Assembly: GCA_021796535.1 (NCBI GenBank)
Contig: JAKABW010000006.1
Coordinates: 6,156-70,155 of the forward strand
Reading direction: 5' to 3'
DNA: 64,000 nt
Source of the DNA: Actinomycetes bacterium
GTDB taxonomy: Bacteria; Actinomycetota; Acidimicrobiia; Acidimicrobiales; Bog-793
Position numbers and translations under genes: made by a program. How positions within the stretch are numbered: the stretch's first letter is position 1; each line of letters opens with the position of its first letter. Below are positions 27,974 to 38,356 of this stretch, one piece after another. A model generated the notes under the pieces. It was not told the origin of the DNA. It did not search any database and worked only from the letters and a program-made list of their open reading frames with translations.

Positions 27974-28091
27974 CAAATCAAGACAACGTTGCCGTTATAA
28001 AATTTGTATGTTTCAAGAGGGCTATTGTATTATGAAGCTCGGCAAACAACCGCGCGCATAGGCAAAATGAAATAAGACTGGTAAGAACTCT

Positions 28092-29420
28092 ATGAATACG
28101 TCTTCTCGCAAAGTGGTCTCTGTGGGTCTTCTGGGATGCGGTACCGTAGGGGCATCCTTTTTTCGGTTGATGGAGGAGTCGCGGGCACAGATTCTGGAGA
28201 CCACCGGAGCCGAGCTGAGCATTACCAAAGTAGCCGTCAAAGACAAGAACAAACAGAGAAGCGTATACATACCCCCCGAACTGATTTGCGACGATCCCAT
28301 GGATGTGGTCGGCGACGACTCGATCGATATAGTGGTGGAGTGCATAGGGGGGATCAATCCGGCTTTGGAGTTGATTTCAGCGTCTTTGGAAGGAAAAAAA
28401 TCTGTTGTCACCGCCAACAAAGAACTGCTGGCCAGACACTGGAATCAACTGCACGACAAAGCGGCAGCCAATAAAGTTCAACTGTTTTGCGAAGCGGCTG
28501 TGGGGGGCGCCATACCGGTGGTAAGGGCTCTGGAGGTGTCTCTCGCCGGGGAAAAAATACGCCGTGTGACGGGAATATTGAACGGAACCACGAATTATAT
28601 TTTGACCAAGATGTCCGAAGAAAGTCTGGCTTACGAGGATGCGCTGCGGGAAGCACAGGATCTCGGCTTTGCCGAGGCCGATCCCACCGCTGATGTCGGC
28701 GGTCACGATGCCGCTTCCAAACTGGCGATACTTGCCAGCACGGCCTTTCATTCGGAAGTCAAAGCGGATGACGTTTTCTGCGAAGGAATAGAAAAAGTAA
28801 CGGCGGCGGATATGGATTTTGCCAAACGCTCCGGATACAGCATCAAACTTTTGGCCGTGGCGGAAACGCTCGGTCCAAACGACAGCGATGACTTACCGAC
28901 TGCGGCCGCCGGCCAAAAAATTGCGGTCAGGGTCTATCCGGCGATGGTCTCGTTGACGCATCCCCTTGCCAGCGTAAGACTGTCTTTCAACGCATGTTTC
29001 CTTGAAGGCGCGGCGAGCGGCGAACTTATGCTTTACGGGAGAGGGGCCGGGGGTCTTCCGACGGCAAGTGCTATTTTGGGCGACGTCATGACCGCCGTTT
29101 CGTGTGCATCACCGGCGATATCTTCCGCTTTGTTAAAGCGGGCCGAAATCTATCCGGTCGGAAAGCTTGAAAATAAATACTATATAAGTCTGTACGTAAG
29201 CGATCAGTCCGGTGTCTTGGCCGAAGTGGCGGAAGTATTTGCAAAAAATAAGGTATCCATTCGCTCGATGGAGCAGATTGGCATGTTTGATGAGGCCAGG
29301 TTGGTCTTTATCACGCATCTGGCAAATGAAGATAACATGCAACGGACTTTGTCGGAACTTGGTTCTTTGACATGCGTGGAGAAGGTCGGAAGTTTTCTCC
29401 GTGTATACGGCGATGAGTAG
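28092..29420 (+). CDS. hom: Homoserine dehydrogenase
   Basis: NAD-binding GLLGCGTVG, catalytic block GILNGTTNYILT...A..LGFAEADPT.DV.G.DAA.KL.IL, and a C-terminal ACT domain. Confidence 0.95.
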   Translation: MNTSSRKVVSVGLLGCGTVGASFFRLMEESRAQILETTGAELSITKVAVKDKNKQRSVYIPPELICDDPMDVVGDDSIDIVVECIGGINPALELISASLEGKKSVVTANKELLARHWNQLHDKAAANKVQLFCEAAVGGAIPVVRALEVSLAGEKIRRVTGILNGTTNYILTKMSEESLAYEDALREAQDLGFAEADPTADVGGHDAASKLAILASTAFHSEVKADDVFCEGIEKVTAADMDFAKRSGYSIKLLAVAETLGPNDSDDLPTAAAGQKIAVRVYPAMVSLTHPLASVRLSFNACFLEGAASGELMLYGRGAGGLPTASAILGDVMTAVSCASPAISSALLKRAEIYPVGKLENKYYISLYVSDQSGVLAEVAEVFAKNKVSIRSMEQIGMFDEARLVFITHLANEDNMQRTLSELGSLTCVEKVGSFLRVYGDE

Positions 29421-29620
29421 TCCGATACGGTTTTGGAGAGCTTTTGTGACAAATATGCTTTTGGCTGCTTTCCCTTGTCATATGATGGATAATGAATTGG
29501 CGGTCAGAAATAGTTTACGGTAGTTTTTGTAAGGAATAGCTGTCTTGTGAAGTCGTTCAATGTATAAATATTCATTATATAATTTTGCTGAAACTTGGTA
29601 ATAAAGTATGCCTTTATCAT

Positions 29621-30757
29621 ATGAAAAATTATCTTGGGGGAAAAGTGTCTGAAGAAATAAGAGTCGGTCATGATAAGGCGTTCGATGCCGGTTTCTCCGA
29701 CGACCGCGACAGGCTTTATCCGTGGCGCGGGGTCATAGAAACCTACAGAAGTTTTCTGCCGGTTTCCGACAATACGCCGGTGGTTACCTTACAGGAAGGC
29801 GGAACCCCGCTTTTGTTTGCGCCGAGACTGTCTGAGCGCGTGGGCGCAAAAGTTTATCTGAAGGTGGAAGGGGCCAATCCGACGGGTTCCTTTAAAGACA
29901 GAGGCATGACGGTGGCCATTTCCAAGGCTGTGGAAGAAGGGGCGCAGGCGGTAGTATGTGCCTCGACCGGCAATACATCGGCCTCGGCCGCAGCTTATGC
30001 CGCAAGAGCGGGTTTGAGCTGTGCGGTCCTCATTCCCGAAGGTCATATCGCTTTAGGCAAATTGGCTCAGGCTTTGGTACACGGGGCAAAGGTTATTCAA
30101 GTACGCGGCAATTTTGACATGGCTTTGGAGATAGTCAGGGAATTGCCCACAAGGGCAAAAGTTGTCGTTGTCAACTCGGTCAACCCTTACAGGATCGAAG
30201 GTCAGAAATCCGGCGCTTTTGAAATAGTCGATGTTTTGGGGGATGCCCCCGATGTCCACTGTATTCCGGTAGGGAATGCCGGCAATATCACGGCATACTG
30301 GAAAGGTTATTGTCAGTATTTGGAAGCCAAAAAATCAACCAAATTGCCAAAGATGTTCGGCTTCCAAGCTTCCGGAGCGGCCCCGATTGTGGCCGGGCAC
30401 CCCATAGCTTCTCCGGAGACTATCGCCACTGCCATCAGGATTGGCAATCCCGCATCTTGGTTTGGGGCCACGTCCGCCGCCGGTGAATCGGGGGGTCGTA
30501 TTTCGGCCGTCACCGACGGGGAAATTTTAAATGCTTATAAGTTTTTGGCTTCCGAAGAGTCCGTTTTTTGTGAACCGGCCTCTGCCGCTTCAGTGGCGGG
30601 GCTGTTGAAGTTCGGGGTTGAAAAAAATGCCGTAGTCGTGTGCGTACTGACAGGTCACGGTTTAAAAGACCCCGATATTGCCATAAGTCAGGTGCAAGTC
30701 CCAGTGACGGTCGATCCGGATATAGAAAGAGTGTTGGAAGTTATCGGCATAAGCTGA
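29621..30757 (+). CDS. thrC: Threonine synthase
   Basis: PLP lysine motif [12 protein letters not shown]. The actinobacterial-type N-terminus [14 protein letters not shown] resembles mycobacterial ThrC. The ATG at 29621 is preferred to the TTG at 29585. Confidence 0.95.
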   Translation: MKNYLGGKVSEEIRVGHDKAFDAGFSDDRDRLYPWRGVIETYRSFLPVSDNTPVVTLQEGGTPLLFAPRLSERVGAKVYLKVEGANPTGSFKDRGMTVAISKAVEEGAQAVVCASTGNTSASAAAYAARAGLSCAVLIPEGHIALGKLAQALVHGAKVIQVRGNFDMALEIVRELPTRAKVVVVNSVNPYRIEGQKSGAFEIVDVLGDAPDVHCIPVGNAGNITAYWKGYCQYLEAKKSTKLPKMFGFQASGAAPIVAGHPIASPETIATAIRIGNPASWFGATSAAGESGGRISAVTDGEILNAYKFLASEESVFCEPASAASVAGLLKFGVEKNAVVVCVLTGHGLKDPDIAISQVQVPVTVDPDIERVLEVIGIS

Positions 30758-31253
30758 GGAGTGCGTCCGCAATACGCCCCCTTTGCAAATAGCCGTATCC
30801 GTCCTGATGACAGTGGGGCTTTTGGATGTCTTGCGGCGGATCCGGATCAATGGAAAGAGAGACAGAAGTCTTTACTTGAAATTATTTATAAGAAATTAAA
30901 TTGAAAGAACGCTTACCCTTGTCATCCGTAAGCTATAATAGTAATAAGACATCATACCTAAGCGATGCGTAATTTCCTTCAATGTAAAATCAACACTTTT
31001 GAGCATTCCGGTGATCTGTTAGTTTTTATTGCTATGTGCGGCTAGTTTTTATTTGAAATATAAAGAGAAATTATTGTTTTGCTGATCGGGAATTGTCAAG
31101 TTTGTGACATAGGATATAAGGTGAAATTCAGATTTTTAATGATAAAGCCTTACGGAACCGACGGCTCTTTTAGCGGGATCCGTCGAAAATTACCGATTCT
31201 TTGTTCGTAATATAGTTATTTTCTGACAGTTATTTTTCTAGGAGTAGACCCAT

Positions 31254-33140
31254 ATGGCGACTGAGCAGCTTGAGCGCTCAATTTTAGAACGCAAAGAGCG
31301 TGAAGAACTTCACGCAATAGCGACCGCACTCTCTCTTAAGGTACCGGTGCGTTTAAAGAAAGCCGATATCGTAGATTTAATTTTACAGGCAACCGGGGTG
31401 GTGACAAACGGAGGTTCCGGTCAAGCATCTGCGACGCCCGGGATCACAAACGGCAACGGTGCCGACTCGGGGGCGGAGGGACAAAGACATCCGGAACCGG
31501 TTGCGATTCAGGAGACCTTTGCGGTTTCCGGAGGCGGAGAGACCCCAAACGGCACCGCGGTTCCTTCGGATGGGCACGGTGCGGCAAAAGAAGACGGACT
31601 TGCGCCCAAAAGGCGGAGCAGAAAACCGAAAACAGATTCGGCGGAATCTCTGGGGCAACAAGGCGAAACGGCGACTCAGACTGAGGACGGGCCGGACAAG
31701 GCTTCCGATTCTTCGGAAGAAGTCAGCGCAAAAAATAATCTGACGCCGGGAACCGACAGAACGGGAGAGCCGGGCGAAAGCCTCTCGGCCGGCGAATTCC
31801 GGCAACCGCCAACCGGCCTTGCCGAAACCGAATCCGCTTCCGTCGAGGCAAAGTCAGCCCTCAGACAAGACGAAGCGAAAAAGGAAGAAAACGTTTCCCT
31901 GCCCGCTGAATCCGGCAGCAGAAAATCAAGAAGAAGGCGCGGAAAGGAACGGGACAGGTCCGACTCCTCTTCTTCGAACGCCGACGCCCAATGGCAAGGA
32001 GAACTGGTTCTTGTCAGGGGTTTGCTGGATCTGAAAGAAGACGGGTACGGATTTTTGCGGACCACCAGCTACTTGGCCAGTTCCAAAGACGTATACGTAT
32101 CGGTGAGCCAGGTGAGAAGATTTGGCTTGAGAAAAGGGGATGCCGTCGAAGGGGCGTGCCGTCCCGCTGCATCAAATGAAAAATACCCGGCTTTGATCAG
32201 AATTGACACCATAGGCGGTCTGCCGGCCGAAGCATCCCGCAACAGGCCTAAATTTGAAGATTTGACTCCTCTCTTTCCGGATGAACCTCTGCATCTGGAG
32301 CTGACGGGAAACCACCTTGACATGACATCCAGAATTATCGATCTCATATCCCCAATAGGGAAGGGACAGCGAGGCATGATAGTTTCTCCGCCGAAAGCGG
32401 GTAAGACAACCATCATGAAAGAAATTGCCCGGTCTATCGAGACAAACAACCCTGATGTGCATCTCATAGTTTTGCTTGTGGACGAAAGACCCGAAGAGGT
32501 TACCGATATGAGGCGTTCCGTGAGGGGAGAAGTCGTGGCCTCCACTTTCGACAGACCCTCCGAAGAACATGCCCAGGTTGCCGAACTCACGATAGAGAGG
32601 GCAAAGAGACTTGTCGAACTCGGTAAAGACGTTGTCATAATTTTGGACGGCATCACGAGGCTTGCCAGGGCCTACAACATGTCATTGCCTGCCACCGGAC
32701 GTATCATGTCCGGCGGTGTCGATTCCGGCGCGCTTTATCCTCCGAAGAAGTTTTTCGGTGCGGCAAGAAACGTCGAAGAAGGCGGTTCGCTGACTATTTT
32801 GGCCACCGCTTTGGTGGAGACAGGTTCCAAGATGGACGAAGTCATCTTCGAGGAATTCAAAGGAACTGGCAACATGGAACTCAGACTGGACAGAAAGCTG
32901 GCAGAAAGACGACTTTATCCGGCTATAGACGTAAACGCCAGTTCCACGCGTCACGAAGAGTTGCTCTTTGACAGAAATCAGTTGCAGCAGGTCTGGAAGC
33001 TGAGGAGAGTTCTGAATGCGATCAGCGGGGATTCCAACAATGCAGCCGCCGGTCTGGAGCTGTTGCTGGACAAATTGAAGACGACACGTTCCAATGAGGA
33101 GTTTTTGGGCGAAATTGCCAAAGCCCCGATACCAAATTGA
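31254..33140 (+). CDS. rho: Transcription termination factor Rho with a large N-terminal insertion
   Basis: Rho_N helix bundle (residues 1-47), CSD RNA-binding block GYGFLR, P-loop PPKAGKTT, and Q- and R-loop regions. 628 aa, against about 420 aa for enterobacterial Rho. Confidence 0.95.
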   Translation: MATEQLERSILERKEREELHAIATALSLKVPVRLKKADIVDLILQATGVVTNGGSGQASATPGITNGNGADSGAEGQRHPEPVAIQETFAVSGGGETPNGTAVPSDGHGAAKEDGLAPKRRSRKPKTDSAESLGQQGETATQTEDGPDKASDSSEEVSAKNNLTPGTDRTGEPGESLSAGEFRQPPTGLAETESASVEAKSALRQDEAKKEENVSLPAESGSRKSRRRRGKERDRSDSSSSNADAQWQGELVLVRGLLDLKEDGYGFLRTTSYLASSKDVYVSVSQVRRFGLRKGDAVEGACRPAASNEKYPALIRIDTIGGLPAEASRNRPKFEDLTPLFPDEPLHLELTGNHLDMTSRIIDLISPIGKGQRGMIVSPPKAGKTTIMKEIARSIETNNPDVHLIVLLVDERPEEVTDMRRSVRGEVVASTFDRPSEEHAQVAELTIERAKRLVELGKDVVIILDGITRLARAYNMSLPATGRIMSGGVDSGALYPPKKFFGAARNVEEGGSLTILATALVETGSKMDEVIFEEFKGTGNMELRLDRKLAERRLYPAIDVNASSTRHEELLFDRNQLQQVWKLRRVLNAISGDSNNAAAGLELLLDKLKTTRSNEEFLGEIAKAPIPN

Positions 33141-33270
33141 TATTATCAAAAAAAGTGTAAAACCCGTCAACGGCGGGGTGAATGGGCTGTACAATGTTTG
33201 TTCCTGCGTGAACTCGCTATTCAGGCAACTGATTTTTACTCAATAAGACTTTTACTATAATGAGGGCATC

Positions 33271-33489
33271 ATGAAAGCAGATATACATCCACGCTACGAG
33301 GCGGCAAACGTCAAGTGCTCATGTGGCAATACGTTTACGACCAGATCCACCAAGGACGCACTTCAGGTCGAACTGTGCAACGAATGTCATCCGTTTTTTA
33401 CGGGTAAGCAAAAGCTTGTTGACACGGGAGGCCGCGTAGAACGCTTTGAGCGTAGATACGGGACCCGTACCAGGCACACGAAAGTTTGA
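33271..33489 (+). CDS. rpmE: 50S ribosomal protein L31 (Zn-ribbon type)
   Basis: MKADIHP...CSCGN...[13 protein letters not shown]. Confidence 0.95.
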   Translation: MKADIHPRYEAANVKCSCGNTFTTRSTKDALQVELCNECHPFFTGKQKLVDTGGRVERFERRYGTRTRHTKV

Positions 33490-33520
33490 AAAACCTTACT
33501 TACCGCAAGGTTATGTTTTA

Positions 33521-34606
33521 ATGATAGGTGATCTATCGGAACAGGACTTAGCCAGGCTGACAGAACTCCAAAACGAATACAAAGATGTTATGAGTCGTCT
33601 TGCCAGTCCCGATATATTCTCTGATCAGCGTCAATATTTGGAATTGTCGCGTCGCAGAAAATCTCTGGAAGCAATAGTTGCCATCACCGACGAAATCGGA
33701 AAAATAGAAGGGGATATTGCGGCCGCCAAAGAACTTATGGAAACGGCTTCCCATTCCGAAAAAGAGTTGCTGCGCTCCGAAGTCGCTTCGGAAGAAGGAC
33801 GGGCTTCGGAATTGGCCGGGTCCCTGAAAAACCTGTTGATACCGGATGACCCCAATGCCGGCCGCAATGTGATCGTGACGATACGGGGAGCTGAAGGCGG
33901 CGAAGAAGCCAACCTGTTCGCCAAAGACCTCTTTGACATGTACCTGCGGTATATGGACCGGAGGGGCTATAAAGCACAGATTATGGAGATCCAAAACTCC
34001 GATTTGGGAGGTCTTGCCGACGTCACCTTTCAGGTAAAAGGCGAGGATGCCTGGGTGAGACTTAAGCACGAAGGCGGCGTCCACAGGGTACAGAGGGTTC
34101 CCGTCACGGAATCACAGGGAAGACTGCACACCTCGTCGGCGGCCGTTACCGTTTTGCCGGAAGCAGACGAAGTGGAAGTTGACATAGACCCTAATGATCT
34201 GCAAATAGACGTTTACCGTTCCACCGGTCCCGGCGGCCAGTCGGTCAACACGACGGATTCCGCAGTAAGAATTACCCACATTCCGAGCGGTCTGGTTGTG
34301 GCCATGCAAGACGAAAAGTCGCAGATACAAAACAGGGCCAAAGCGTTGCTGGTACTGCGTTCGCGACTTTTGAAGCTGGAGCAAGACCGTTTACAGGAAG
34401 AGCTTTCCAGTAAAAGACGTTCTCAGGTAGGAACCGGAGGCCGTTCGGAAAAAATTCGGACATACAATTTCAAAGAAAACCGCGTTACGGATCACAGGAT
34501 AGGTCTTACTTTGTATAAGTTGGACAAGTTTCTTGCCGGTGAAATGGATGAAATGATAGATGCCCTGTTGGCGGACGAAAGGGCAAAACAGCTCAGCGGG
34601 GATTGA
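33521..34606 (+). CDS. prfA: Peptide chain release factor 1
   Basis: GGQ motif in STGPGGQSVNTTDSAVRITHIPSG. The PVT-type tripeptide (RVPVTES) is RF1-like. The ORF-track start at 33446 overlaps rpmE; the ATG at 33521 gives the usual length of about 361 aa. Confidence 0.95.
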   Translation: MIGDLSEQDLARLTELQNEYKDVMSRLASPDIFSDQRQYLELSRRRKSLEAIVAITDEIGKIEGDIAAAKELMETASHSEKELLRSEVASEEGRASELAGSLKNLLIPDDPNAGRNVIVTIRGAEGGEEANLFAKDLFDMYLRYMDRRGYKAQIMEIQNSDLGGLADVTFQVKGEDAWVRLKHEGGVHRVQRVPVTESQGRLHTSSAAVTVLPEADEVEVDIDPNDLQIDVYRSTGPGGQSVNTTDSAVRITHIPSGLVVAMQDEKSQIQNRAKALLVLRSRLLKLEQDRLQEELSSKRRSQVGTGGRSEKIRTYNFKENRVTDHRIGLTLYKLDKFLAGEMDEMIDALLADERAKQLSGD

Positions 34607-34664
34607 TAACCTCCCGTTGTCATGCAGTGAGGCCTGCCGAGCATGCACACAAAGTCGGGTTCCG

Positions 34665-35621
34665 ATGACAGATAATAAGAACATTTGCTTTGATTCAACT
34701 GAAATGCCAACCTACAGACATCTTTATGACTGGTCGGTAAAATGCTTAAGTAATCCTCATGAAGCAAGACTTATTATTGAAGATATAATGGCAAAATCTT
34801 TTTCGCCGGATGCCGGTGGAACTCTTGGGCCTTACGGCATGAAATATTTTTTATACTTGGATAGGACTGCAGACCGAGAGGCGGCAGAGAGCATAAAGGA
34901 AATGATTGCAAGGCGACTAAAAAGAGAACCTTTACAGCATATTTTAGGGCATTGCGGTTTTCGTTATCTCGATGTCAAAACAGACGGACGCGCTCTCATA
35001 CCGAGACCAGAAACAGAAATTTTGGTTGAGGTCGCTTTGGCGGAACTGCGCAACTTACGGTTTTTGCAGGAAAATACTGTATCAGACAGAAAAAATCAGC
35101 AAATTGGTGATTTGGGGCTGCTTGACATCGGGACGGGCAGCGGCATCATAGGATGCTCTGTGGTATCGGAATGCGGGTATGTGAATGCCGTATGTATCGA
35201 TATCTCGGCAGAAGCGCTCGATCTCGCCAGGGAGAATGTCGAAGGGTTGGAAGAAAATGCCCGCGGCAGGATTTCTTTTTTGAGGGGGAACTTGGCGGAT
35301 GCCGTCAAAAAAAAGTCGGTTGATGTTGTATGCGCCAATCCCCCTTATCTTGCCGAGGGCGAATTTTCCGGTTTGGATGAGGAAGTAAAAGGTTACGATC
35401 CCGTTTTGGCTCTTATCGGCGGTCCGACCGGTTTTGAAATTGTAAGCCAAATTATTGTTTCGGCACCGGGCTTGCTGAAGTCGGCCGGCTCGCTTGTTTT
35501 GGAGATGGCACCGCAACAGGCGGAAGCCTCTGTTGCTTTGGCTGTTCACTCGGGGGCGCGTTACGCATCGGTTATTCAAGACTTGACGGGCAGGGACAGA
35601 ATACTGCTCGCCAGATGGTAA
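34665..35621 (+). CDS. prmC: Release factor glutamine N5-methyltransferase
   Basis: SAM motif LDIGTGSG and catalytic NPPY (CANPPYL). The start is uncertain (34665 or 34704). Confidence 0.9.
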   Translation: MTDNKNICFDSTEMPTYRHLYDWSVKCLSNPHEARLIIEDIMAKSFSPDAGGTLGPYGMKYFLYLDRTADREAAESIKEMIARRLKREPLQHILGHCGFRYLDVKTDGRALIPRPETEILVEVALAELRNLRFLQENTVSDRKNQQIGDLGLLDIGTGSGIIGCSVVSECGYVNAVCIDISAEALDLARENVEGLEENARGRISFLRGNLADAVKKKSVDVVCANPPYLAEGEFSGLDEEVKGYDPVLALIGGPTGFEIVSQIIVSAPGLLKSAGSLVLEMAPQQAEASVALAVHSGARYASVIQDLTGRDRILLARW

Positions 35622-35628
35622 AGTTGGG

Positions 35629-36252
35629 ATGCAGGAAATTCGTCAGATGATACTCACTCATGACATTGGAATGGCCGCAGAAATTTTGGGACGGGGAGAT
35701 GTGGTTTTGGTCCCCACGGAGACCGTATACGGTTTGGCCGGTGATGCCAACAGCGTCAAAGCTGTAGAAAAAATTTTTGCGATCAAACGCCGGCCGCGGG
35801 AAGTGGTACTGCCCGTGATGGTAAAGGATCTCGCTGCCGCCTTGGAGTTGACCGGGGATGAAAATGCAAAAGGACGGCTTTCTGCCTTGGGAAAAGTTTT
35901 TTGGCCGGGCCCTCTCACAATGGTGGTGCCGCTAAAAGAAGATGCTCCCCTCGGGGCGTTCAGAGGACAAAAAACCATAGGCATAAGATGCCCCGATCAG
36001 TCGCAGCTGCTCTTGCTTCTGGAAAGTTTCGGTCCTTTGGCTGTGACAAGCGCCAACTTGCACGGACAGCCGCCGATTAAAAACCCGGAAGAAGGCGGGA
36101 CAATATTTGACGGCGATTTGGTATGCGTGGACGGCGGCATTTGCCGGGGACAGCCATCCACGGTTGTTTCCTTGGTTTTTGACGAACCTGAAATTTTGAG
36201 GGAAGGCCCGATATCTCTGGAGCAGATAAAAGAAGTGTGGGGTTCCGTGTAA
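35629..36252 (+). CDS. tsaC: L-threonylcarbamoyladenylate synthase (TsaC/Sua5/YwlC family, short form)
   Basis: VLVPTETVYGLAGDA and SANLHGQP blocks. The position after prmC matches Mycobacterium Rv1301. Confidence 0.85.
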   Translation: MQEIRQMILTHDIGMAAEILGRGDVVLVPTETVYGLAGDANSVKAVEKIFAIKRRPREVVLPVMVKDLAAALELTGDENAKGRLSALGKVFWPGPLTMVVPLKEDAPLGAFRGQKTIGIRCPDQSQLLLLLESFGPLAVTSANLHGQPPIKNPEEGGTIFDGDLVCVDGGICRGQPSTVVSLVFDEPEILREGPISLEQIKEVWGSV

Positions 36253-36403
36253 CGTTTTGCCGTCGCTTGTCGTAACCAAGTTCGGGAGTAAATGATCCGG
36301 CGCCGACCGACTGTCGGCATGTGCGGAGCCGGGGAAGCGCAACCGTTGAGATTAAATGGCCCACAGGCTGCTGTGCCGAAACAAAAAAGAGTAGTATTTG
36401 AAT

Positions 36404-36844
36404 ATGAAAATAGCTCTGGGCTCAGATCATGCAGGATTTAAGTTAAAAACTTTATTGGCGGAAAAATTAAAAAATGACGGCCACGACGTATTGGATTTAG
36501 GCGCCTACTCTCTTGATCCCGTAGACTATCCCGACTTCGGAGAAGCGGTGGGAAAGGCCGTAGCCGGCGGCGAGGCCGATTTTGGCGTAGCCTGCTGCGG
36601 GACGGGAATAGGTATATCGATTGCCGCAAATAAAGTGAAGGGTATCCGTGCGGCAGTTGTCCATGACGTCACTTCTGCCATGCTTGCCAGAGAGCACAAC
36701 AACGCCAACATTATTTGTTTCGGAGCCCGTTTGCTGGGCGAATCTGTCGCTCTTGATGCATTGGACGCCTTCATCTCTGCTGACTTCGAAGGCGGCAGGC
36801 ACGAACGGCGTATTGCGAAATTGACGGCACTTGATGCATCCTGA
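36404..36844 (+). CDS. rpiB: Ribose-5-phosphate isomerase B
   Basis: MKIALGSDHAGFKLK and CGTGIGISIAANK motifs (RpiB/LacA/LacB family). Confidence 0.9.
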   Translation: MKIALGSDHAGFKLKTLLAEKLKNDGHDVLDLGAYSLDPVDYPDFGEAVGKAVAGGEADFGVACCGTGIGISIAANKVKGIRAAVVHDVTSAMLAREHNNANIICFGARLLGESVALDALDAFISADFEGGRHERRIAKLTALDAS

Positions 36845-37047
36845 AAACGCAGAAACAACGGACTTTATTTAATCCGTCGTAAAGTCTTTGTTCCTTTGGC
36901 AACGGCTTGCGGTAACCGGTTATTCGGACTGTAAAGTCATAAACAATTAGTTAAATCTAAAGTTAAAAACAGATGCACGCAGTTAAGACGGGATCTAGCC
37001 TATAATTGCAAGCAAAGTTTTCTTCAAGACGGGAGCTGTAGGTAAAG

Positions 37048-38331
37048 ATGTCTTCATGGGCGATAGATCAGGTCGGAACCATTGACGAAGAATTGGCGGC
37101 AATTCTTAAAAACGAATTATCCAGACAACGTACGACACTCCAACTCATAGCATCCGAAAACTTTACTTCTCCGGCGGTTATGGCTGCCACTGCTTCCGTG
37201 CTGACCAACAAATATGCGGAAGGCTATCCTTCCAAGCGCTACTACGGCGGCAACCGTATTGTCGATGAGGCAGAAGACCTGGCACGTCAAAGAGTCTGTG
37301 CGTTGTTCGGAGCCGAACACGCCAATGTCCAGCCTCACTCGGGAGCTTCCGCGAATCTGGCCGCATATATGGCGCTGGTCAATCCGGGAGACACCATCAT
37401 GGCAATGTCGCTTGACCAGGGAGGGCACCTGACTCACGGCTCTCCGGTAAGCATTACGGGTAAAATATACCGCTTTGTACCCTATGGCGTTACGCCTTAT
37501 TCCAAAGACGGTTCCGGCGAAAGGATTGATCTTGAGCAGCTGAGAGATCTCGCCAAAAAGGAAAACCCCAAACTGATCGTGGCCGGTACGACGGCTTACA
37601 CGAGGATCATAGACCCGCTGCCTTTCAGGCAGATCGCCGACGAGGTGGGAGCCAAACTGCTCTTTGACGTGGCGCATCCGGCCGGTTTGATCGCCGGAGG
37701 GGTTCACCCCAATCCGGTGGGCATAGCCGATGTGGTGACGTTTACCACACACAAGACGTTGCGCGGTCCCAGGGGAGGAGCCATCCTGACCGGGGCGGAG
37801 TTGGCAAAAGCCGTTGACTCGGCGGTTTTCCCGGGCCTTCAGGGCGGTCCCCTGGAGCACGTCATAGCCGCCAAGGCCGTGGCTTTTTTTGAAGCGTTGC
37901 AACCAAGTTTTAAAGAATATGCGGAGCGGGCCGTACTGAACGCCAAAGCGCTTGCGGCTGCTTTGTCCGAACTGGGCTTCCGGCTGGTTTCCGGCGGCAC
38001 CGAAAACCACCAGGTACTTTTGGACCTCAGAACTTTCGATGCCGAGCTTACCGGTAAAGCGGCTCAGGATTCTCTGGACAGGGCAGGTATTACCTGCAAC
38101 AGAAATCAGATTCCCAACGACCCCAGGCCGCCTTTTGTCACGAGCGGTTTGAGACTCGGCACACCGGCCGAGACAACCGCAGGGATGGGCCAAGAAGAGA
38201 TGGCCGTCATAGCTTCCCTGATTGCCAAAGTGTTACGCCGTTGCGGCGACGAAGAAACAGAAAAAGAGGTATTGCATGAGGTACACGAGCTCTGCGCACA
38301 ATTCGATCCTTACCGATCTCTTTCGGTTTGA
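37048..38331 (+). CDS. glyA: Serine hydroxymethyltransferase
   Basis: [12 protein letters not shown], and [12 protein letters not shown] containing the PLP lysine. Confidence 0.95.
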   Translation: MSSWAIDQVGTIDEELAAILKNELSRQRTTLQLIASENFTSPAVMAATASVLTNKYAEGYPSKRYYGGNRIVDEAEDLARQRVCALFGAEHANVQPHSGASANLAAYMALVNPGDTIMAMSLDQGGHLTHGSPVSITGKIYRFVPYGVTPYSKDGSGERIDLEQLRDLAKKENPKLIVAGTTAYTRIIDPLPFRQIADEVGAKLLFDVAHPAGLIAGGVHPNPVGIADVVTFTTHKTLRGPRGGAILTGAELAKAVDSAVFPGLQGGPLEHVIAAKAVAFFEALQPSFKEYAERAVLNAKALAAALSELGFRLVSGGTENHQVLLDLRTFDAELTGKAAQDSLDRAGITCNRNQIPNDPRPPFVTSGLRLGTPAETTAGMGQEEMAVIASLIAKVLRRCGDEETEKEVLHEVHELCAQFDPYRSLSV

Positions 38332-38356
38332 TTTGAATTTCTTTAGGCTGTAGTCA

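Noticed and set aside
33446-33520. Over-extended starts in the ORF track: prfA at 33446 (inside rpmE), prmC at 34560 (inside prfA), atpC at 48044 (inside atpD), the NUDIX gene at 49825 (inside the 2H-GNAT gene), thrC at 29585 and the PEBP gene at 23471.
   Set aside because: Internal starts give homolog-consistent N-termini, and several have a better RBS. The long overlaps are unlikely to be real.
36845-37047. Looked for a ZTP (pfl) or THF riboswitch upstream of glyA, and for SAM/Lys/Thr leaders upstream of hom, thrC and lysA.
   Set aside because: None of the conserved cores I can recall (for example CCGCCUGGGC for ZTP) is present. An Infernal scan would be needed for certainty.
37117-38193. 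Very long antisense ORFs opposite highly conserved genes. Examples: 358 aa opposite glyA; 44077-45219 opposite atpA; 46657-47808 opposite atpD; 56851-57795 opposite prs; 14785-15735 opposite pmbA; 26732-27508 opposite lysA; 61090-61845 opposite mfd.
   Set aside because: Their translations are Arg/Gly/Pro/Ser-rich and low in complexity, with no recognisable motifs. The opposite strand in each case encodes an unmistakable conserved protein. These are typical shadow ORFs caused by codon bias.
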